From Candidatus Omnitrophota bacterium (GTDB lineage Bacteria > Omnitrophota > Gorgyraeia > Zapsychrales > Fredricksoniimonadaceae): a DNA stretch of 59,811 nt. The stretch lies in assembly GCA_013287965.1 (NCBI GenBank), contig JABDCU010000009.1, positions 1 to 59,811 on the forward strand, in the 5' to 3' direction. Numbering within the stretch: position 1 is the first letter of the stretch; each line of letters begins with the position of its first letter. Below are positions 39,464 to 49,812 of this stretch, one piece after another. The translations under genes were made by a program, and so were the position numbers. The notes under the pieces are model-generated. The model saw only the letters and a program-made list of their open reading frames with translations. It did not search any database and had not been told where the DNA came from.

Positions 39464-40141
39464 ATGCCTAACATTAATTCTCAAATCGCTCTAGTGATCA
39501 CCGACCACGAAACTAATGCCCAAATCAAGAATTTGGGCGTTGGTTTACTTGAACTGCGCGCGGACCTGTTTAAAAAATTAGACCCTGCCTACATTGTTGC
39601 TCAGATCAAACACCGCAAACTCTTAAGAATTCCATTATTATTGACCCTGCGCAATCAGAAAAAAGAGGGCGCTGTAAAAGTGTTTTCCGATGAGAAGAAG
39701 TGGCAAATTATCTCCGCTGCTTTGCCTTTGGTGGACATGATCGATATTGAGCTAAGTTCGCCCTTGTTAAGAAAAGTTTTGGTCTTGGCCCGTCAATTAA
39801 AGAAAAAGGTCATTGTTTCCAGCCATCATCTGCAGGGCATGCCGCACGATTTGGGATCTATTTTCAAAAAGTCTTTAAGCACAAGGGCTGATATTGTGAA
39901 AATTGCAGCCAAGGCGAATTCTTTTGATGATGTGATGACGATGCTTGAGTTTACCCATCGTCATCATAAGCATCCTTTGATCACCATGTCCTTGGGGCCT
40001 TTGGGCACCATATCGCGTCTGGTCTTGCCGGCCGCGGGGAGCCGTTATACCTATACCTTCCTTAATAAGCCAACAGCGTTGGGTCAAGTTGATGTTAAAA
40101 CTCTCAAGTCTCACATGAAGATTTATTATCCTCATGAGTAA
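39464..40141 (+). CDS. aroD: Type I 3-dehydroquinate dehydratase
   Basis: ELRAD, LLTLR..KEG, IDIEL, SSH, DIVKIA, MSLGPLG.ISR, ALGQ; ATG 39464 lies just after the palindrome. Confidence 0.85.
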   Translation: MPNINSQIALVITDHETNAQIKNLGVGLLELRADLFKKLDPAYIVAQIKHRKLLRIPLLLTLRNQKKEGAVKVFSDEKKWQIISAALPLVDMIDIELSSPLLRKVLVLARQLKKKVIVSSHHLQGMPHDLGSIFKKSLSTRADIVKIAAKANSFDDVMTMLEFTHRHHKHPLITMSLGPLGTISRLVLPAAGSRYTYTFLNKPTALGQVDVKTLKSHMKIYYPHE

Positions 40142-41675
40142 AATCCTCGACGCAAAGTACTCCCAGGAAGAAATCCAACAATGCATCAACCTGCTTGATG
40201 ATCTGGTTAAGAACAGCGTTGAGCTGGCCCATCTGACCAAAGAACAGAGGATCGCCATCCTCAAGGCCGCGGGAGAAATTTCCCGTCCTGACCGTGACGA
40301 GATCCGCAAACGAAAAAAGGACAGGATCCGCCTTAAAAAACAGCGCATTGATGATCATGAGCGCAAATTGCGCAGGGCAACAGGGATCCGCGCCGCACGT
40401 GAGAAAACTGTATTTAAAGCGCCCAAGGCCATTTTACACGCAGATGAAAGATCAGCATTCCTGGAACAGGAATTAATAAATCCGCGCGCCTGTTATATCT
40501 GCAAGGCCTTTTTTACCAAGGTCCATTTTTTCTATGACACCATGTGTCCGTCTTGTTCTGAGCTTAATTATGCCAAACGTTTCCAGACGGCTTCACTCGA
40601 GGGACAGGTTGCTCTGATCACCGGGGCGCGTTTAAAGATCGGGTATCAGGCGTCTCTCATGATGTTACGCGCCGGGGCACACGTCATTGCTACGACGCGT
40701 TTTCCCGTTGATGCAGCCCTGCGCTATGGCCGTGAAGAAGATTTTCAAAAGTGGGCACGCAAGCTGGATATTTATGGATTGGACCTCAGGCATACGCCCA
40801 GCGTTGAGCTTTTTTGTAATTATGTTGAACAAAAATATCCCCGTTTAGATCTATTGGTCAATAATGCCGCGCAAACAGTGAGGCGTCCGCCGGGTTTTTA
40901 TGCGCATCTGCTGGCTAATGAATCGCTTCGGGCTAAAGACCTGCCGGCAAGCGTACAGCCTTTGCTTGAGAATTTTGAAGCCTGCAAAGCCAAGGTGATG
41001 TCTGGCGTTGCCTCCGTCAATTCCTTAGCTCCGGCACTAGCTTGGGATGGGACAAGGCAGGGCATTGGGTTAAGCGCCTCTGCAAAACTCTCACAGATCC
41101 CGTACACACACGATCACACCTTACAAGTCCAACAAGTTTTCCCTCAAGGTAAATTAGATGCGGATTTACAGCAAGTGGATATGAGGACAATGAACAGCTG
41201 GCGTTTAGGCATTGGGGATATCCCCACAGCTGAGATGATAGAATTGCAACTGGTCAATGCCATCGCCCCGTTTGTTTTGTGCAATAAACTTTGCTCCATG
41301 ATGAAAAAGGAAAACACCGGGCAAAAACATATTGTGAACGTCTCTGCCATGGAAGGGAAATTCCATCGTTATACAAAAACTGACAAGCATCCGCATACCA
41401 ATATGGCCAAGGCTGCGCTCAACATGCTGACGCATACATCAGCCAGTGACCTGGTCAAGTATGGCATTTACATGAATGCGGTGGACACCGGATGGGTTAC
41501 CGACGAGGATCCCATTGCTTTATCCGCGCGCAAGCAGGAAAACCATGATTTTCAGCCGCCTTTGGATATTGTGGATGGGGCAGCCCGTGTCTGCGACCCG
41601 TTCTTTCACGGCATCAACACAGGCACGCATTGGTGCGGCAAATTCCTCAAAGATTACTTCCCCGTTGATTGGTAA
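40134..41675 (+). CDS. SDR-family oxidoreductase with an N-terminal Cys motif
   Basis: CYICK..CPSC; [11 protein letters not shown]; NNAAQT; [11 protein letters not shown]; AVDTGW. Confidence 0.85.
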   Translation: MSKILDAKYSQEEIQQCINLLDDLVKNSVELAHLTKEQRIAILKAAGEISRPDRDEIRKRKKDRIRLKKQRIDDHERKLRRATGIRAAREKTVFKAPKAILHADERSAFLEQELINPRACYICKAFFTKVHFFYDTMCPSCSELNYAKRFQTASLEGQVALITGARLKIGYQASLMMLRAGAHVIATTRFPVDAALRYGREEDFQKWARKLDIYGLDLRHTPSVELFCNYVEQKYPRLDLLVNNAAQTVRRPPGFYAHLLANESLRAKDLPASVQPLLENFEACKAKVMSGVASVNSLAPALAWDGTRQGIGLSASAKLSQIPYTHDHTLQVQQVFPQGKLDADLQQVDMRTMNSWRLGIGDIPTAEMIELQLVNAIAPFVLCNKLCSMMKKENTGQKHIVNVSAMEGKFHRYTKTDKHPHTNMAKAALNMLTHTSASDLVKYGIYMNAVDTGWVTDEDPIALSARKQENHDFQPPLDIVDGAARVCDPFFHGINTGTHWCGKFLKDYFPVDW

Positions 41676-41870
41676 CTATTCGTTTTCTCTTTGAACATCC
41701 AGGGTAATGATCTCTTCTCCCCGTATGTGCAGACGCACAACGATCGGAGCGCAGCAGACCTCGCAATCCACCACAAATTCCTGATGGGCGCCGCCGCTGA
41801 CATCAACCAATAGCTCATTGGTCTCACCGCAATAAGGACAGAGAAAACTCTCAAATTCTTCCAAAGACAT
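41676..41870 (-). CDS. CPXCG-motif cysteine-rich protein
   Basis: CPYCGE...DCEVCCAPI. Confidence 0.8.
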   Translation of the reverse strand: MSLEEFESFLCPYCGETNELLVDVSGGAHQEFVVDCEVCCAPIVVRLHIRGEEIITLDVQRENE

Positions 41871-41879
41871 GACTTTATC

Positions 41880-43520
41880 CTATTTTGTCCGGTGCTTATC
41901 GGTGACCCAGAATTCCAGGTATTTGCCGAGCATCAGCCGGGTCTGGGCGTGCAGGGCGGGAAGCGCACTGAATAAAACCAGGATCAAGGGCACCATCAGC
42001 CATTCAAAGGCATGGCCTATTTTTAATAGCCAGCGGTGGCGCGTCTTTGTCTTGGGCAGAAGGGACAAGGACAGGACAATGGTGATGCATACCGCAAAAA
42101 ATCCCAGGGAAAAGATCGTATTGGCGATATCAGGCACATTGTAATAAACCACTGAAGAGCTAAATTCCCGTCGGGCAAAAACAACCGGAAGCCAGCCGAT
42201 GAGCGAGAGGATGAACCCCGAAGTGGCCCAGGAAAGGTGCCCTTCAAAAAGTTTAAACCCGAGGCGCAGCCGTTGATACAAAGGGATTTTTTTTGATTTA
42301 AGAAAAGCCCGTGTTACGATCGGAAAGTTTTCCACTCCCCAGGCCCAGCGCTGTTTTTGTTTATAAACATTTTGAGCTGTCTGCCACCAATTATCAGCGC
42401 AGACAACATCCATGGATAGCGTGACATACATGGGAACCACCCGGTATTGGCCGTCATAGTGGATATAAGCCTTCCAAAAGATGGCCGAGTCGTCCGAGAT
42501 CATGTCCACCGGCCAGTAATCCACGTCAACCAGTGCTTTGAAACTCATGCTATGGCTGGAGAAGGTGACTAATTTTTCAGGGTTGGTGGCTTCGATCAAG
42601 AGAAAAAATGAAGAACCTGTTTCTACGACACGGGCAAAGCCGGGCACATTCCATATATTGTTGTGGTAAACCGGAATGGGCTGGAAACTGGCGCGCAGGC
42701 GGTCCGGGCAGACCATAAAGTGATAGGTCAGGCAGGCAAAATAATTAGGACTTACGACGGTGTCCGCGTCAAAACAGGAAACAACCACGTTTTCAAAGTG
42801 TATTTGACGGTTTTGGAAAAACGCCGCGGATTCTTTGGCAGCACTAGTGACATTGGCCCCTTTGACCCGGGCTTCTCCCGGTACCGCGGCCGGATGCATG
42901 ACGGTGAAACAATCAAAAAAGACGTTTTTGTATTTTTTTACCAGTTCAATGACGGCCTTTTGGACCAATGGGGCCGCACGTTCTTCCAGGGCGAAGACAA
43001 TGACTATTTGCTTGAGCGGAAAGTTTTGCCGGCTGATGGCTTCAATGGCAGGCTCCAGGATATCGCGGCCTTCTTTGATGACCGGAAATAAAACTAAGTG
43101 ATAAATATTCCCGGACGCCGGCGGCAGGTCCTTGCTGGTGAGAAGTTTATCCAATTGATCCAGGTGGATCTTGTGCGAAGCACGCTGGCGCCAGTGACGG
43201 CCGAATTTTTTAGGCCTGATTTTTTCTAAATAGGGACCCAAGTCATCGATGCCTTGGATGCGGTGCATCCAGTTTGTCTTGCTTTCAATATTCAATTGTA
43301 TGTAGGAAAATACCAGAAAAATGGTGGAATACATGATCCTCATGATCCAGGAGAGATAAAAAGCCACAATAAGGATGGCCGCGCTGAAGGGAAAAAAGAT
43401 CGAAAGGAAGACCAGCCCCAACAAAATTGTCCAACTGCAGGCGCCGGGCAGTATTTCAAGAAATCTCTGTAGCTTGGCCGCTCGAGGTTTTAGGTCCTCT
43501 TTAGAATAATGGAATTTCAT
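41880..43520 (-). CDS. Glycosyltransferase family 2, processive membrane type
   Basis: KGAN, FDADT, ISDD, QKQRWAWG; flanking TM helices. Confidence 0.85.
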   Translation of the reverse strand: MKFHYSKEDLKPRAAKLQRFLEILPGACSWTILLGLVFLSIFFPFSAAILIVAFYLSWIMRIMYSTIFLVFSYIQLNIESKTNWMHRIQGIDDLGPYLEKIRPKKFGRHWRQRASHKIHLDQLDKLLTSKDLPPASGNIYHLVLFPVIKEGRDILEPAIEAISRQNFPLKQIVIVFALEERAAPLVQKAVIELVKKYKNVFFDCFTVMHPAAVPGEARVKGANVTSAAKESAAFFQNRQIHFENVVVSCFDADTVVSPNYFACLTYHFMVCPDRLRASFQPIPVYHNNIWNVPGFARVVETGSSFFLLIEATNPEKLVTFSSHSMSFKALVDVDYWPVDMISDDSAIFWKAYIHYDGQYRVVPMYVTLSMDVVCADNWWQTAQNVYKQKQRWAWGVENFPIVTRAFLKSKKIPLYQRLRLGFKLFEGHLSWATSGFILSLIGWLPVVFARREFSSSVVYYNVPDIANTIFSLGFFAVCITIVLSLSLLPKTKTRHRWLLKIGHAFEWLMVPLILVLFSALPALHAQTRLMLGKYLEFWVTDKHRTK

Positions 43521-44317
43521 AAGTTAGGTTCTTTGTTTGAAGTTTTAAACCTCAGTGCTTCAGGGATAGGGATATCCACTATGGGGTGGACCGGTAAAAT
43601 TTGGATTTCGGATAAGAAGCCGGCTTCATCCAGATAAAAAAGCTCCCCGCTTTTTTCATCGAAATACATCTTTGTTCCAGGTTTTGAACTGGTTATATCA
43701 TACGCTTGCAAGCCGCCAAAATCTTCTTTAATGCGCAGCTGGACCCATTTTCCCTTTTTAGTCAGCAGGTCTTTATTGTCGTTAATAAGAAATACCTCCG
43801 GAGCAGGGAAAGAAGCCCGCGCATTCAACAGATCATTGCTGACCTCTTTGATGAGGGGTGGATTTTCTTTTAAATTGATCTGGAAGTGGTGTGTGGCTGA
43901 GACAGCGATCAACATATCATCAGCAGCTGGGGTGATGTTTTGAAAGGGCCGGTCGGAGATCCTTTTGATCGGCCATTCCTGGGGGATGAGCAGGGTGTTG
44001 GCCAAAACAGTCGCTTTTTTGCCGACAATGGGGATGTTCATTTCCCAGTCGTTATAGCCGCTATGTTCAATGCGGATAAAATGTTTTCCCGGGGCCAGGT
44101 CTCTGATGGCTGTCGGTGTTTTTTGATGGGCCCTGCGGCCGTCGATGTAAACGGTCGCGTCCGGCGGGTTGGTGGAAACATAGACCAGGCCGGTCTTCTC
44201 CAGGTGATGTGTCAAAGGGTTGATGACAAAGCCCAGCATGCGGGCCACGATCAAGGGGCATAAGACCAAGTATATAACGGCAAAAATATAGAATATGATC
44301 TTCCTAAGCAAAAGCAT
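43517..44317 (-). CDS. PEGA-domain membrane protein
   Basis: TM then TGLVYVSTNPPDATVYIDG..TP..LAPGKH..GYNDW; ATGA overlap with GT2. Confidence 0.8.
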   Translation of the reverse strand: MLLLRKIIFYIFAVIYLVLCPLIVARMLGFVINPLTHHLEKTGLVYVSTNPPDATVYIDGRRAHQKTPTAIRDLAPGKHFIRIEHSGYNDWEMNIPIVGKKATVLANTLLIPQEWPIKRISDRPFQNITPAADDMLIAVSATHHFQINLKENPPLIKEVSNDLLNARASFPAPEVFLINDNKDLLTKKGKWVQLRIKEDFGGLQAYDITSSKPGTKMYFDEKSGELFYLDEAGFLSEIQILPVHPIVDIPIPEALRFKTSNKEPNL

Positions 44318-44370
44318 GGTTTCATCATAACAAGTTGAATTATGATTTTCAAGGGGTTAGAATAAAGGTC

Positions 44371-45693
44371 ATGAATGTAAGGATTTTTATTTTGGTCTGT
44401 TGGTGCGTTTGTTTTGCCTCCGGTGCTATGGCGCAGGGGAGCAGTCAGATGCCGGTCCCTCTGACCTTGAAAGAGGCCCTGCAAAGTGTGGATAGTATTA
44501 ATTTTCAAGTAATGATGGCCAATGCCCGGCTCCAACAGGCCATTGCCCGGATATCCCAAGCGCAGTCGGACCTGCTTCCTCACGTCGAGGGACTTGTCAG
44601 CGGCGGCCGTCAGACCACGGACCTGCGTTCCCAGGGCGTACAGTTCCCGGGGGTCGGGCCGCATGTAGGCCCGTATAATAATTTTGATGCCCGGGCCCGC
44701 GTGACCATCGCCCTTTTTGACCCTTCAGCTTTTGAAAGGTTTCAAGCGGCTAAAAAGGGTGCCAATCTCTCCCAGGCAGAGTTGGAGAAAACACGTGAAG
44801 ATATTTTGGCCTTGGTGGCGACCTTGTTTATTGATGCACAGCGTAAGCAGCAGACGGCCGGGTTTATGAAAACCCTTTTGGACCGTGACCAGATGGCCTA
44901 TGATCTAAGTGAAGATAGCCTGAACCAGGGCACAGGGACTGTATTGGATTCTAATAAATTTAAATCAGACCTGGAGCAGACCAAATATTTATACGATCAG
45001 GCCAAACTTCAAGCGCAAGAGGCTTGTCTTGATCTGGCAGCCGCCTTGCAGCTGCCTTTGGGCAGGCCCTTGGTCTTTATCGACGATAAATATTTCACGG
45101 ATGCGTTGGAGAAAAACGCGGCCATTGATTTTAATAATGCGGCCAATGCTGATACGGCGCTGGCTTCTTCTCAGTTAGAGGCCCGTCAAGCTGATCAGAA
45201 AGCCGCTGTCGCGGATTTTTTGCCGAAGGTATCAGGCAGTGCTGACTATGGCCGCTTGGGTGAATCTCCGGGCCATGGCAGTAATACATACTCTATTGGT
45301 TTGAAGGCAACTGTTCCTCTTTGGGAAGGCGGAGAAACCCAAGCCAAGCTCAAAGAAGTGAAAGGTGAGATCGAAGAAGCGCAGATGGCCCTGCTTGATG
45401 CCGGCCAGCAGCAACGGGTGAATGTAGCCAAGGCCCGCGCTGCCATTGAGGAGGCCGACGATCTAAGGCAGGCTAAAGCCCAGGAACGCCAGACTGCCCA
45501 GAGAGCTTTGCTTATTGCTTTCCATGCTCAGGCAACCGGCAGTGGTACCGCGTTAGCCGTGATACAGGCAAAAGCGGACCTGGCAACAGCGGAAGATGGA
45601 TACAATGAGGCCCAGGCCGCTTGGGTGATGGCACACATTGACGTGCTTCATGCCCAAGGACGATTAAGGGAATTAGTTAAACAAGGAGAATGA
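44371..45693 (+). CDS. TolC-family outer membrane efflux protein
   Basis: Signal peptide; LTLKEAL; SDLLP and ADFLP repeats; VPLWEGG. Confidence 0.88.
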   Translation: MNVRIFILVCWCVCFASGAMAQGSSQMPVPLTLKEALQSVDSINFQVMMANARLQQAIARISQAQSDLLPHVEGLVSGGRQTTDLRSQGVQFPGVGPHVGPYNNFDARARVTIALFDPSAFERFQAAKKGANLSQAELEKTREDILALVATLFIDAQRKQQTAGFMKTLLDRDQMAYDLSEDSLNQGTGTVLDSNKFKSDLEQTKYLYDQAKLQAQEACLDLAAALQLPLGRPLVFIDDKYFTDALEKNAAIDFNNAANADTALASSQLEARQADQKAAVADFLPKVSGSADYGRLGESPGHGSNTYSIGLKATVPLWEGGETQAKLKEVKGEIEEAQMALLDAGQQQRVNVAKARAAIEEADDLRQAKAQERQTAQRALLIAFHAQATGSGTALAVIQAKADLATAEDGYNEAQAAWVMAHIDVLHAQGRLRELVKQGE

Positions 45694-46364
45694 TCGTGCG
45701 AGTTTTCATAGGAATATTGGCTGTCATTTTCATTTGCGGCTGCGGCCAGCAAAAAAATATCAAGAACATGACCTTCTCAGGGACAATGGAATTGACCGAG
45801 CATGTGCTGGGCGCCAAGACAGCCGGGCGCCTGACAACGCTTAGTGTGGATGAAGGTGATCTTGTCAAAAAAGGCCAGCTCCTGGCGACCCTGGACCGTT
45901 TTGAGCAAAGTAAAAAAGATTTTGACCGCGTCGGTGTCCTTTATAAGAATGGCGGTGCTAATCAGCAGTCTTTGGAATATGCCCAATTGACCATGGAAGA
46001 CCAGGAGATCATTGCTCCGATAGACGGTGTTGTTTTGATCAAGGATGTTGAAACAGGCGAGATCATTCCTGCCGGCGGAGGGGTGGTCGTTATCGGGGAT
46101 ACGCATGACCAGTGGATCAAGATCTATGTATCCGAAGACATGGTGCATCAGTTGAGCATTAACCAAAAGGCATCCATCGCGGTGGATGGCAGCAAGGAAA
46201 CGTACAAAGGCCATGTGACCTTTATTTCCGACAAAGCTGAATTCACGCCGCGCAATGTGCAGACCCCGGAAGAGCGCGTCACCCAGACCATCGCCGTTAA
46301 AATTACCGTTGATGATCCTGATGAAAATCTTCACGCGGGTGTTGCCGCGGATGTGAGATTTTAA
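45690..46364 (+). CDS. HlyD-family periplasmic adaptor (short lipoprotein)
   Basis: Lipobox ICGC; VDEGDLVKKGQLLA; IAPIDGVV; AEFTPRNVQTPEER. Confidence 0.88.
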   Translation: MIVRVFIGILAVIFICGCGQQKNIKNMTFSGTMELTEHVLGAKTAGRLTTLSVDEGDLVKKGQLLATLDRFEQSKKDFDRVGVLYKNGGANQQSLEYAQLTMEDQEIIAPIDGVVLIKDVETGEIIPAGGGVVVIGDTHDQWIKIYVSEDMVHQLSINQKASIAVDGSKETYKGHVTFISDKAEFTPRNVQTPEERVTQTIAVKITVDDPDENLHAGVAADVRF

Positions 46365-46365
46365 A

Positions 46366-47334
46366 ATGCCTGACATTGCGATTAGCGCGGATAAATTGAC
46401 CAGGAAGTTTGGAAAGTTCACCGCGGTCGATGAAATTTCTTTTGAAATTCCCTACGGGTCTATTTTTGGTTTTTTGGGGGCCAATGGCGCGGGTAAAAGC
46501 ACCACCATCCGCATGCTCTGCGGTATTTTAGCGCCCAGCAGCGGTACGGGCAAGGTGGGCGGCTTCGACGTGCAGACCCAGCCGGAGCAGATCAAGACGG
46601 TCATCGGGTATGTTTCCCAGCGCTTCAGCCTTTATTCAGACCTGACTGTCATGGAAAACCTGCTTTTTTACGGGCAGATCTACGGCCTCGAGGGTACTGA
46701 TCTTTCTGTCCGCATTAAAGAAGTTTTGACCCTGAGCGGCTTGGACCATTTTCGTGATCGTCTTTCAGGTGAGCTTTCCGGGGGATGGAAACAAAAATTG
46801 GCCATCGCCAATTCCATCCTGCATAAACCCAAGATCATTTTCCTGGATGAGCCCACCGCGGGCCTTGACCCTTTGTCCCGCCGGGCCATTTGGGAACTTT
46901 TATATCAATTGGCTGAAGGCGGCACGTCTTTGTTCGTGACCACCCATTATATGGAAGAGGCCGAGCGCTGTAATACCATTGCTTTTATCAGCAACGGTAA
47001 AATATTAAAAATAGGCCAGCCCACCCATTTAAAACAGGAGCTTAGCCGGCAGATCCTGGAAGTGGCTTGCCGGCCTTTGATGAAAGCGTCGCGCATTTTT
47101 TCAAAATTAGAAGGTGTCCGAGGGGTCACGGTCTATGGCACCACCTTGAACTTGAACGTCAGTGACCAGAAAGCAGTGGAAGCGCGCGTGAAGGATGCTG
47201 CTGGCAAAGAAGGGGTGGAGATCAGCTCTATTAAACCCATCCCTGCTTCGCTGGAAGATGTGTTCTCTGATTTAGATACTAACCATGTCATTCCCGCGAA
47301 AGCGGGAATCCAGGGGACCGAAAGTAATGCGTAA
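46366..47334 (+). CDS. ABC exporter ATP-binding protein (YbhF-like)
   Basis: GANGAGKS, LSGGWKQ, LDEPTAGLDP, TTHYMEEAE. Confidence 0.92.
   Translation: MPDIAISADKLTRKFGKFTAVDEISFEIPYGSIFGFLGANGAGKSTTIRMLCGILAPSSGTGKVGGFDVQTQPEQIKTVIGYVSQRFSLYSDLTVMENLLFYGQIYGLEGTDLSVRIKEVLTLSGLDHFRDRLSGELSGGWKQKLAIANSILHKPKIIFLDEPTAGLDPLSRRAIWELLYQLAEGGTSLFVTTHYMEEAERCNTIAFISNGKILKIGQPTHLKQELSRQILEVACRPLMKASRIFSKLEGVRGVTVYGTTLNLNVSDQKAVEARVKDAAGKEGVEISSIKPIPASLEDVFSDLDTNHVIPAKAGIQGTESNA
47285..47313. repeat. REP/dRS3-like palindromic repeat, copy 1 (in-frame in CDS)
   Basis: ATGTCATTCCCGCGAAAGCGGGAATCCAG, identical to 50269..50297. Confidence 0.85.
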
Positions 47335-48430
47335 CATCAAAGCTGTTGCTTATAAAGAATTCATCCAGGTCTCGCGAGACCGCCGCACCTTGATGCTGCT
47401 TATCCTGATGCCCATCATGCAGGTGATGATCTATGGCTATGGCATCAACACCGATGTCAAGCATCTACCTACCTATGTGTATGACCAGGACCGTACGTAT
47501 TTAAGCCGGCGCCTGGTTGATTCCTTTACCCAAAGCGATTATTTTACGGTCAGGACCCAGGCGAAGTCCCTTGCCGAAGTGTATTCGGCCCTGGATAAAG
47601 GTTTGGCCCAGTCAGCTTTGATCATTCCGCCTAATTTTACCGGGGACTTGCTCAAGAAAAAAGGTGCCCAGGTCCAAATGATCATTGACGGCACAGACTC
47701 CACTCCGGCGACGGTGGCGCTTAATTCCAGCCAGGCCATCATTAATGCTTTCATGCAGCATGAAGGACTGATCCCTATCCAAGTGCTTCCCATTGATTTC
47801 CGTCCGCGGCTTTGGTATAACCCTGACCTTAAAAGCACATATTTTATGCTTCCCGGATTGATCGCTCTGGTCCTGCAGTTTTTGGTCCCCATGATCACCG
47901 CCACGGCCATTGTGCGCGAGAAAGAAAGGGGGAATATCGAACAGCTTTTAGTGACCCCTATCAAACCTTATGAGTTGATCTTAGGGAAAATAATCCCTTA
48001 CATAGCCATTGGTGTCGTCATCGCTACCAGTATCATTACAACCATGCATTATCTTTTTGTGGTGCCCATCCATGGCAGTATTGTTACCCTGTTTTTTATG
48101 ACCTTGATCTATTTGGTCGTATGCTTAGGGATAGGGCTGTGGGCTTCGACGGTAGCGGACAATCAGCAGCAAGCCTCACAACTAGTCATGTTTTTAGCCA
48201 TGCCTTCGATCCTGCTTTCAGGTTTTATTTTTCCCAGGGAATCCATGCCCATCTGGGTCAAGGACATCAGTTATCTTATCCCCATGACGTATTTTTTGCA
48301 GATCGTCAGAGGCATTATCCTTAAAGGGCTGGGGTTCTTTGACCTGATCGGTCAGGTCTGGCCTTTGCTTTTGATGGCAGTCCTGGTCATTGTTTTTAGT
48401 ATTCGACGTTTCTCCAAAAGGATGGCTTAG
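47327..48430 (+). CDS. ABC-2 exporter permease (YbhR/S-like)
   Basis: KEFIQVSRD, WYNPDL, REKERGNIEQLLVTP, LLSGFIFPRESMP. Confidence 0.92.
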   Translation: MRNIKAVAYKEFIQVSRDRRTLMLLILMPIMQVMIYGYGINTDVKHLPTYVYDQDRTYLSRRLVDSFTQSDYFTVRTQAKSLAEVYSALDKGLAQSALIIPPNFTGDLLKKKGAQVQMIIDGTDSTPATVALNSSQAIINAFMQHEGLIPIQVLPIDFRPRLWYNPDLKSTYFMLPGLIALVLQFLVPMITATAIVREKERGNIEQLLVTPIKPYELILGKIIPYIAIGVVIATSIITTMHYLFVVPIHGSIVTLFFMTLIYLVVCLGIGLWASTVADNQQQASQLVMFLAMPSILLSGFIFPRESMPIWVKDISYLIPMTYFLQIVRGIILKGLGFFDLIGQVWPLLLMAVLVIVFSIRRFSKRMA

Positions 48431-49323
48431 GCAGGTTCGATATGCACCAGCACATCAGCAATGCCTAAAGAAGATGTGATGAGTGCGTCTTTGACGTCAT
48501 GGGCGATAGCATGGGCTTTATGGACCGGCATATCTCCGTTGACTTCCACATGAATATCCACGAATAAGCTCAGTCCGCTTTTGCGTACCCGGCATTTTTC
48601 AATAGCGGCAACTCCCGCGACCCGTCCAGCGATGCTGCGGATGGTCTCCTCGGTCTCAGGATTAGGGGCATAGTCCATGATCTCTTTGACGGTTGCCTTA
48701 AGCATGTTAATGCCGTTAAAAAGGATGATCCCGCTGGCTGCCAGGGCCGCCCAGTCATCCGCGCTTTCATAACCCTTACCGCCGATAATGGCAATGGATA
48801 TGCCGATAAAGGCAGCGGCCGATGTCAATGCATCCGAGCGGTGATGCCATGCCTCTGTTTTGAGCGAAAGGCTGTTGACTGATTTTCCGACGGAAAACAA
48901 ATATCTAAAGAGGACCTCTTTGGCGATGATGACCACCACGAGGACGACCAGGGTAAAGACCGCCGGGGTGTGATGGGGCTGCATGATGTCAAGGGTGCTT
49001 TTGACCGCAATGCCGATACCTGCCATCAAAAGCATCAAGGATACGGTCATCGCGGCCAAGGATTCCGCCTTGCCGTGGCCGTAAGGATGGTTTTCATCCG
49101 CGGGCAGGGAACTGATCTTGATGCCTCCTAAAACCACCGCCGATGAAAAAATATCCATGGTAGACTCAATGCCGTCTGCCATCAAGGCGTAAGAATTCCC
49201 TAAAATACCGGTGATGATCTTAATGGCCGCGAGGATGACATTTGAGGAGAGCCCAACCAGCACCGTGCTGACACCGCGGTCAAAACGGTTTAGGGGCTTA
49301 TGGTTATTGACGGATCTAAGCAT
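48427..49323 (-). CDS. Cation diffusion facilitator (FieF-like)
   Basis: SYALMADGIES, HPYGHGKAE, HHRSD, DVLVHIEP. Confidence 0.92.
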   Translation of the reverse strand: MLRSVNNHKPLNRFDRGVSTVLVGLSSNVILAAIKIITGILGNSYALMADGIESTMDIFSSAVVLGGIKISSLPADENHPYGHGKAESLAAMTVSLMLLMAGIGIAVKSTLDIMQPHHTPAVFTLVVLVVVIIAKEVLFRYLFSVGKSVNSLSLKTEAWHHRSDALTSAAAFIGISIAIIGGKGYESADDWAALAASGIILFNGINMLKATVKEIMDYAPNPETEETIRSIAGRVAGVAAIEKCRVRKSGLSLFVDIHVEVNGDMPVHKAHAIAHDVKDALITSSLGIADVLVHIEPA

Positions 49324-49341
49324 TTGAATATAATAGCACAA

Positions 49342-49812
49342 ATGAGCAATCAGGTAATTTCTTTTGATTATGTGTTAACAGCCAAGGCTGGCCAAGTGAT
49401 CGATGCTTCCGCCAAGGGCAAACCGTTGATATTTATCTCCGGCTTGGGACAGATCATTCCGGGCCTGGAAGTTATTTTGTTGGCCATGGAGCCTCTCCAG
49501 AAAAAAACAGTGACCATCGAAGCCAAAGAAGCTTATGGAGTTTATGATGAGGCCTTGGTCTTTAAAGTCGACCGTTCCAAATTACCTACTGCGGAATTTC
49601 AAATGGGCGATATGTTTGAAGTAGGCGAGGGGGATCGGCTTTCCCCTGTCAGCATCACTGCCATCAACGGTGATGAAATTACCCTGGACGGTAATCATCC
49701 TTTGGCCGGAGAAGACCTGACCTTTGCGGTTGAGATCGTTGCCAAGAGGCCAGCCACTGCCGAAGAATTGGCCCACGGCCATGTGCATGGGGCCGGCGGC
49801 TGTCACCATTGA
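49342..49812 (+). CDS. slyD: FKBP-type peptidyl-prolyl isomerase SlyD
   Basis: GQIIPGLE, EAYG, DGNHPLAG..LTF, His-rich tail HGHVHGAGGCHH. Confidence 0.92.
   Translation: MSNQVISFDYVLTAKAGQVIDASAKGKPLIFISGLGQIIPGLEVILLAMEPLQKKTVTIEAKEAYGVYDEALVFKVDRSKLPTAEFQMGDMFEVGEGDRLSPVSITAINGDEITLDGNHPLAGEDLTFAVEIVAKRPATAEELAHGHVHGAGGCHH

Noticed and set aside
47285-47326. MSFPRKRESRGPKV extension of the permease
   Set aside because: The ATG comes from the inserted repeat; the family-typical start is 47327
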